Shown here piece by piece: positions 58,799 to 64,000 of a stretch of DNA of 64,000 bases. Source of the DNA: Nitrospirales bacterium (GTDB lineage: Bacteria; Nitrospirota; Nitrospiria; Nitrospirales; UBA8639); assembly GCA_965223295.1 (NCBI GenBank), contig CBDCWC010000003.1, forward strand, positions 1,024,001 to 1,088,000, in the 5' to 3' direction. Every line of letters starts with the position of its first letter. Within the stretch, counting starts at the first letter, position 1. The notes under the pieces are model-generated. The model did no database searches and was not told the DNA's origin. It worked only from the letters and a program-made list of their open reading frames with translations. The position numbers and the translations under genes are program-made.

Positions 58799-58986
58799 GG
58801 GTTTGTTGCAAGAAGTTCGTCTAGCAAGGCCGTAGACATTTTGGCGCGCGGAGCGTAGTGGCAATACGTGAGCGCGGCAAAAAGGCGACCTGACTGCCGA
58901 AACCGCTTTCAGCTTCCATAGCCGCTACGGCGAAGGAGGCCCAGCGAAGGCAGGGAACGCTGCTGGCGGATTTTTTCAACACTACC
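58799..58986 (+). repeat. Dispersed repeat core with a nested 66-bp insertion
   Basis: Consensus GGCGA|GAACG split by CCTG...CAGG (58889-58954). Confidence 0.8.
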
Positions 58987-58989
58987 TTT

Positions 58990-60495
58990 TTAGAGTCTGA
59001 TGGTTGTCAGAATATAGAAATAGTCCGTATCTTTTTCTCCACCAGGCGGTAATCCGGCCCTAGCGGGAAGGCGGTCGAAATAGCTTCCCTTGAACCAGTG
59101 ATCATAGCCAGCATCAAACGAAACATTTTCATTCATATTCCATTGCGCAGTCACTTCCACATCGTGTCCCAGGAAGGTCCCTGATTCACCAGTCGAATCA
59201 CGAAGGCCGTTGTTGCCAAACGCGCCTCGTGAAGTAGCCAAATACCAGATTCGGTGCTTCACTTGAAATTTCCAGCCTTTAGTTGGAGTCACGATCACGC
59301 GCCATCCTGGTGAGCTAATGTTGGTACGAAAAAAAGATCCAAAATTGCCTGTCGGCATATACTCAAACCGCCGAGCACCAAACAGCGTATCAAAGGCAGA
59401 GTCTCGGCTATCGTTCGGATTGCGGTCCCCACTGGCATAGTCATAGTGGATCACCAACCGTGGCGACCAGAGAAGATTAAACGTATAGCCAAGATTGAGA
59501 TGTTGGAAGTGTGCGAAGTGATCGGTGTCGCCTCGTTTCCCTGTTTGCCAGACAGTTTCCAATTCATAGTCTAGCTGGTTGCTCACCGGAGTTTTATGAA
59601 GACGAAGACCAAATGTGGAAAACGTTCGTTGGGAACTGATAATAGAACTACGCTGATCGTTCAGCCCGAAATAATAAGCACTAAAGCGTAGCCACGAGAG
59701 ATGGTTCATTTCGACGTAGGTCCCCCAAAACACATTTCGCTTGGAGTGTTCGTCAAGTTGTGTGGGATCAATCAATACGGGTTGGACCAGAAAGGCACGG
59801 GTGCGCCACAGGTGATCATGGGCTAGTTGCCAGTGGAAACCGTCAAAGGCATTCGTGGTATTGCGAAATAGGTTACGAGCAATGAGACGGCGGCTCCCAA
59901 CATCCATTGTGAGCCGTCCGAAATGGAGATCTGTGCGGAGCCCTGTATTGAAAACATTTTCTAGCGATACAGAGACAAATGCCTGGAGAATGTCCATCTC
60001 ATTCTTAATGCCTGTGTTAACAAAGCTGTCTTTATCATCCAGGTGAACTCTGGCATCCTGTCCTTCAAATAACAATTTGAACGGCCCGCCATTAAGTCCA
60101 AGACGCATCCGGGAGCGCTGTTGAATTTGAGGGTCGGTTCGTCCTAAGGGCTGAGTGGATCGCCATGGATGATCATAGGCTTCGAACCGAGTCCGGTGTT
60201 CCAGTCCTAAATCCAGCCAATTTGGGAGCTGCAAGACATCTTTCACATAACGATTCCATTGCCATTCTGTCCTTTGAATAAGCACAGAATCTGCGGTTTC
60301 TAGTTGAGCCGTCTGAGAGGATGCTTCAGTTCGTAACACTACTGAACTCAAGACCGAGGTCTCTTCAGTTTCTTCCATTGTTGAAGGAACAGCCACCTCC
60401 GTCGAACCATGGCTGACTCCCAAGATGCCAGATGTGAAGAGGAGTAAGGTTCCTAGGAAAAGGCTGCTCAATGTAGTCTTGTTGTTCACCATCAC
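58990..60495 (-). CDS. Alginate export family outer-membrane porin
   Basis: GR..GSRRLIARN.FRNTTNAFDG, YASGDRNPND, FDTLFG. Confidence 0.85.
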   Translation of the reverse strand: MMVNNKTTLSSLFLGTLLLFTSGILGVSHGSTEVAVPSTMEETEETSVLSSVVLRTEASSQTAQLETADSVLIQRTEWQWNRYVKDVLQLPNWLDLGLEHRTRFEAYDHPWRSTQPLGRTDPQIQQRSRMRLGLNGGPFKLLFEGQDARVHLDDKDSFVNTGIKNEMDILQAFVSVSLENVFNTGLRTDLHFGRLTMDVGSRRLIARNLFRNTTNAFDGFHWQLAHDHLWRTRAFLVQPVLIDPTQLDEHSKRNVFWGTYVEMNHLSWLRFSAYYFGLNDQRSSIISSQRTFSTFGLRLHKTPVSNQLDYELETVWQTGKRGDTDHFAHFQHLNLGYTFNLLWSPRLVIHYDYASGDRNPNDSRDSAFDTLFGARRFEYMPTGNFGSFFRTNISSPGWRVIVTPTKGWKFQVKHRIWYLATSRGAFGNNGLRDSTGESGTFLGHDVEVTAQWNMNENVSFDAGYDHWFKGSYFDRLPARAGLPPGGEKDTDYFYILTTIRL

Positions 60496-60858
60496 TTTCT
60501 CTTTTGAACGACAGTTGCTTGAGGGAAAGGCAATTCGATCCTTGAAGAAGCGATAGTATTTTTAAAATAACTTATTGTCAATTTTAAGATTTTTTCTGAG
60601 ACCATCTTCGTCGCCTAAAGCGAAGCGATTTGGTTCATCGAAAGGCTGTTTTTGTCAAAGACAATGCGAGAGAAGGAAAAAAGATCTTACCAAAGAATGG
60701 TGAAAGACTGGTTAGTTATGAAGACAAGATTCTGGGTCCTGGTATTTCACAAGAAGCCTTTTTTAGTTTGATCAAGAAGAAAGGTTAAAAGTTTTAGGCC
60801 TAACATGTTCTCTTTGCTATACAGTGAAAAGTCCTATCTTGCAAACCGACTTCACACA

Positions 60859-60893
60859 TATCTAAACAGATACATTTCGTATCTTTATGGATA
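60859..60893. promoter_or_regulatory. Paired palindrome TATCT-N4-(A/G)GATA x2 (candidate enhancer)
   Basis: TATCTAAACAGATA (identical to 22459) and TATCTTTATGGATA, 21 bp apart. Confidence 0.75.
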
Positions 60894-61014
60894 AACAAAT
60901 TTTCTTTGACCCAGGAGCTTCAATATCGGTTTAAAGTCATGTATGTGAGTAAAAAGTCAGGAAATCCAACGAATTAGATTTTAGGGGGTAAGAGAAAAGT
61001 CTCATTTTTAGCAA

Positions 61015-61029
61015 TGGAACAAAAGTTGC
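61015..61029 (+). promoter_or_regulatory. Putative sigma54 promoter
   Basis: TGGAACAAAAGTTGC = GG-N10-GC. Confidence 0.7.
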
Positions 61030-61160
61030 GTTCTCGAGATTTTGAACTTTTCCCGCAGCTTTCCAAGCATTTTTGAAAAATGAGGCAGGCGGCAAAAGAT
61101 ATTCATCTATCTATACAGTCAACGTGGTTCCTGTTCCTTATGAAAGAAGGAGGAATTCTT

Positions 61161-62867
61161 ATGAGACAAGTTACAAGAATGTTGGGGATTGGGGCATCCC
61201 TCCTGATCATCGCCACAGGGTGCAGCAGTATAGCCTCTAGAGTTCATCAACCTTTAGCCGACCAGCGAAACCTCATCGATGAAGTCCGTCATAGTCAAGA
61301 TGATATCAACGCCAATGCCGTACCATTTGAAGAATTATTTTATGCTGGGAAACATATCTTTTCTAATCGCTTTACAACGGAAGATCATTATGGCGAAGGA
61401 GCAACAGGACCACGAAGAAGTAAGTACATGATGGCGAACAGAGAGAACTATCCATTCCTTCGATTTAACGGACTTGATTCACAGTCGTGCCTTGAATGTC
61501 ATTTAGCAATTGGGTTTGCGCCCCAGATGAATTACTCTGATGAGAAACCTAAAATCCGTTTCGCCAAGCAATTAGGCTTTACGGGTGGGGGTGCTGGGTT
61601 TGCGTCCAATGCATTTGGATTAGAGAATTTTGGATGTATGCCTGCTGGCGAAAATTGTAATCCTGACGATCCCACCAATGGAGTGATTCGTAACCCACCA
61701 CATGCGTTTGGAGCGGGGTACACACAAACACTGGCTGAAGAAATGACTTGGGATCTTCAGGGGAAGATCGCGGAGGCCAAGGCTAATCCAGGTGTCATGG
61801 TGGATCTCATGACGAAGGGCATTTCATTTGGAAAAATCGCGGCTGATGCAAGCGGCAATCTGGATCTCAGCCAAGTTGTGGGTATCAGCGATGACCTCGT
61901 TGTGCGACCCTTTCAATGGAGGGGAATTGCCAGCAATTTGCGAAATTTTATCAGGGATGCAATGAATTTTCACTTTAGCGTCCAACCGAAGGAATTATTG
62001 GAAACCAATCCAGAGAAGAATGACGATGACCAATTGAAGGACGAGATCCTTGAAGGCGATATCAGCGCAGTCGCGACCTTTCTTGCCTTTCTCAGACCCC
62101 CAACGGAGTCTTCCGAAGGTCTTGATGAGTTAACGGTTCAAGAAGGGCGAGAGGCGTTCATGAAAGCGGACTGCGCTTCTTGCCATACACCAAGTCTGAC
62201 AATCGAAAGTCCCTTTGCCACAATTCGAGATCCGCGAACGGATTCAGGAATGCAAACCAAAGTTGAAGAAGCCTTTCCTCACACCAAGGTCAGTCATAAA
62301 TTAGAGAAGTTACGAAAGAAAGCGGAAAAATTTGGGATCACAATCCCATATCGTGTTTCACCGACTTTGGAGAAATTGTTGATAAAAAAGAAACTAAAGG
62401 CACGCAAATTTAGTGAACAAAAAGCTCCTGCGGAAATGGTGGCCGATGAAATCGTGTTAAATTTAAAGGGCTATTCTCGAGATTTGAATCGTACCGACGG
62501 TCCGCCCGAAACTCTTCCCCGTCTCCCCCATAATGATGGAAAGATCGATGTACCACTCTACAGTGATCTCAAACGACATACCATGGGAGACAATCTAGAA
62601 GAACCGATTACGCAGGAAACAGATGGTGGGCATGAGATTCCCACAAAAGAATTTCTGACCCGTCCATTGTGGGGTGTGGCTGATACGGCACCATGGATGC
62701 ATGATGGTCGAGCCTTGACCCTTACGGATGCCATTTTAATGCATGAAGGGACAGGCAGTGAGGCCAATACCTCAGTTGCTAAATTCAAAAATCTTTCTGA
62801 ACCCGAAAAATTGGCATTACGAACGTTTCTCAGCAGCTTGCGGTTGCCGACGGTTCGTTATCATTAA
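61161..62867 (+). CDS. Di-heme oxidoreductase (DHOR-like) lipoprotein
   Basis: RBS AGGAGG, ATGC lipobox, two CxxCH (CLECH, CASCH), YSDLKRHTMG, TRPLWG, MHDGRA. Confidence 0.85.
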   Translation: MRQVTRMLGIGASLLIIATGCSSIASRVHQPLADQRNLIDEVRHSQDDINANAVPFEELFYAGKHIFSNRFTTEDHYGEGATGPRRSKYMMANRENYPFLRFNGLDSQSCLECHLAIGFAPQMNYSDEKPKIRFAKQLGFTGGGAGFASNAFGLENFGCMPAGENCNPDDPTNGVIRNPPHAFGAGYTQTLAEEMTWDLQGKIAEAKANPGVMVDLMTKGISFGKIAADASGNLDLSQVVGISDDLVVRPFQWRGIASNLRNFIRDAMNFHFSVQPKELLETNPEKNDDDQLKDEILEGDISAVATFLAFLRPPTESSEGLDELTVQEGREAFMKADCASCHTPSLTIESPFATIRDPRTDSGMQTKVEEAFPHTKVSHKLEKLRKKAEKFGITIPYRVSPTLEKLLIKKKLKARKFSEQKAPAEMVADEIVLNLKGYSRDLNRTDGPPETLPRLPHNDGKIDVPLYSDLKRHTMGDNLEEPITQETDGGHEIPTKEFLTRPLWGVADTAPWMHDGRALTLTDAILMHEGTGSEANTSVAKFKNLSEPEKLALRTFLSSLRLPTVRYH

Positions 62868-62943
62868 TAGCATCATGTTCTGGGGGGAAAAACATCAAGA
62901 TATAAAGATTGTGAGTTCTAAAAGCTTCAAATAGACAAATTAG

Positions 62944-62990
62944 GGGCTGCTAGGTGCTTATTGATCAGATGGATGAGCATCTAGCAGCCC
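62944..62990. terminator. Long hairpin between convergent genes
   Basis: GGGCTGCTAGGTGCTTAT/ATGAGCATCTAGCAGCCC with G-U pairs. Confidence 0.6.
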
Positions 62991-63108
62991 TATCTTTAGA
63001 AGGTGTGGGACTTAGAGATGAGTCAGGGGAATAGATTTTCATGATTCATGAGGCCATTAGAAAAGGCAATGATTATCTTCAGCTGGATAACAGTTGGTGG
63101 AATGGGAA

Positions 63109-63648
63109 TCAAAACTGGTTTCCTGGGGCGAAATGTTTTTGCCATTCTTTCTCAGTAATAAGGTCTTTGGTCGATTCCACGCGATCTAAAAAAACTAGTC
63201 CGTCTAAATGATCAACCTCATGTTGAAATACACGCGCAAGAAATCCATCGTATTCCCTTTTGATTGTGCGATCATCTCGAGTTTGGTATCGAACCCGAAT
63301 GGTCCGATGCCGAGGTACCAGCCCCCGGATTCCAGGCACGGTAAGGCAGCCTTCCCAATCTGTTTCCTTATCTGAGGAAGCCCAGGATATTTCAGGATTG
63401 ATCATGACTGTGGGTTCCATGGTCGGTGCATAGGGATATCGGGTATTAGGTTTGGGTGCAAGAATAATGATACGCGTGGATTCTGAAACTTGAGGAGCAG
63501 CAATGCCCATCCCATTTTCTTCAGCCACGGTTACCAACAGATCATCGATGAGAGCTTGAACCTGCGGATGGTGAATGTCTGTGACTTTGGCAGACCGCTT
63601 TCGTATAACTGGAGCACCAAGTTGGGCAATTTCAAGAATACGTGGCAC
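63109..63648 (-). CDS. def: Peptide deformylase
   Basis: GMGIAAPQV, EGCLTVP, QHEVDHLDG. Confidence 0.95.
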   Translation of the reverse strand: MPRILEIAQLGAPVIRKRSAKVTDIHHPQVQALIDDLLVTVAEENGMGIAAPQVSESTRIIILAPKPNTRYPYAPTMEPTVMINPEISWASSDKETDWEGCLTVPGIRGLVPRHRTIRVRYQTRDDRTIKREYDGFLARVFQHEVDHLDGLVFLDRVESTKDLITEKEWQKHFAPGNQF

Positions 63649-63683
63649 TTAGATTATTGTTACCTCTCTCTTAAAAAGTATAG

Positions 63684-63874
63684 GGGGCTGTTGAAAAACG
63701 CCATTAGCGGCGTTCTCGCTCTTTTTCCGTGCTCACGTAATACCAGTACACTCCACGCGCAAAAATGGCTGTGGTCTTGCTGGATGCACTTTCTTGAACC
63801 ACCCCGAAGCTGGTGGTATCCGACGTGATCATGAGCAAATTTGCTTCTGATGTTTTGTATTATTCAACGCTTCC
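63684..63874 (-). repeat. Dispersed repeat, full copy (arm type 1)
   Basis: Reverse-complement homolog of 3328-3514. Confidence 0.85.
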
Positions 63875-64000
63875 ATAGAACGCATGGAGCCCGTTTATTG
63901 GAAGAGAAGAATACATTCGTTGAAACCTATTATCTTAAAAATGGTGTGTTAGGGAAGCAAGCAAACATCGAGACGCTTGAGGTTTCATAAGAGACAGGTA

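Noticed and set aside
3328-63874. Repeats as a CRISPR array
   Set aside because: Copies are dispersed, long and variable, with no repeat-spacer periodicity and no cas genes.

Overview
A 64-kb chromosomal window from a bacterium of moderate GC content. The gene set and intergenic repeats suggest Nitrospirota/Nitrospirales, but this is inference and not verified. Most of it is housekeeping, envelope and signalling genes (kamA-like, dcd, lipB, ybgC, gmhA, apaH, selO, def, tRNA-Gln, ABC-2 transporter, SulP, two-component systems). Five things stand out. (1) A candidate trans-envelope signalling locus (TonB receptor, orphan periplasmic binding protein, HAMP-GAF histidine kinase, REC-PAS protein, sigma54 activator). 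A paired palindrome, TATCT-N4-AGATA twice at 21-22 bp spacing, occurs twice in this locus and again about 40 kb away upstream of a di-heme lipoprotein; two of the three copies sit 100-125 bp upstream of a sigma54 -24/-12 promoter. (2) About 11 copies of a modular MITE-like repeat with an ERIC-like core, plus a second element carrying a similar core inside different terminal repeats. (3) A three-module toxin-antitoxin island punctuated by REP-like palindromes and a diverged duplicate of the 3' end of the host SDR gene. (4) An orphan TIGR02710-like CARF-HEPN protein with apparently degenerate motifs. (5) A split ArgZ/AgrE-like arginine catabolism pair. No CRISPR array, integrase or intact transposase was seen.
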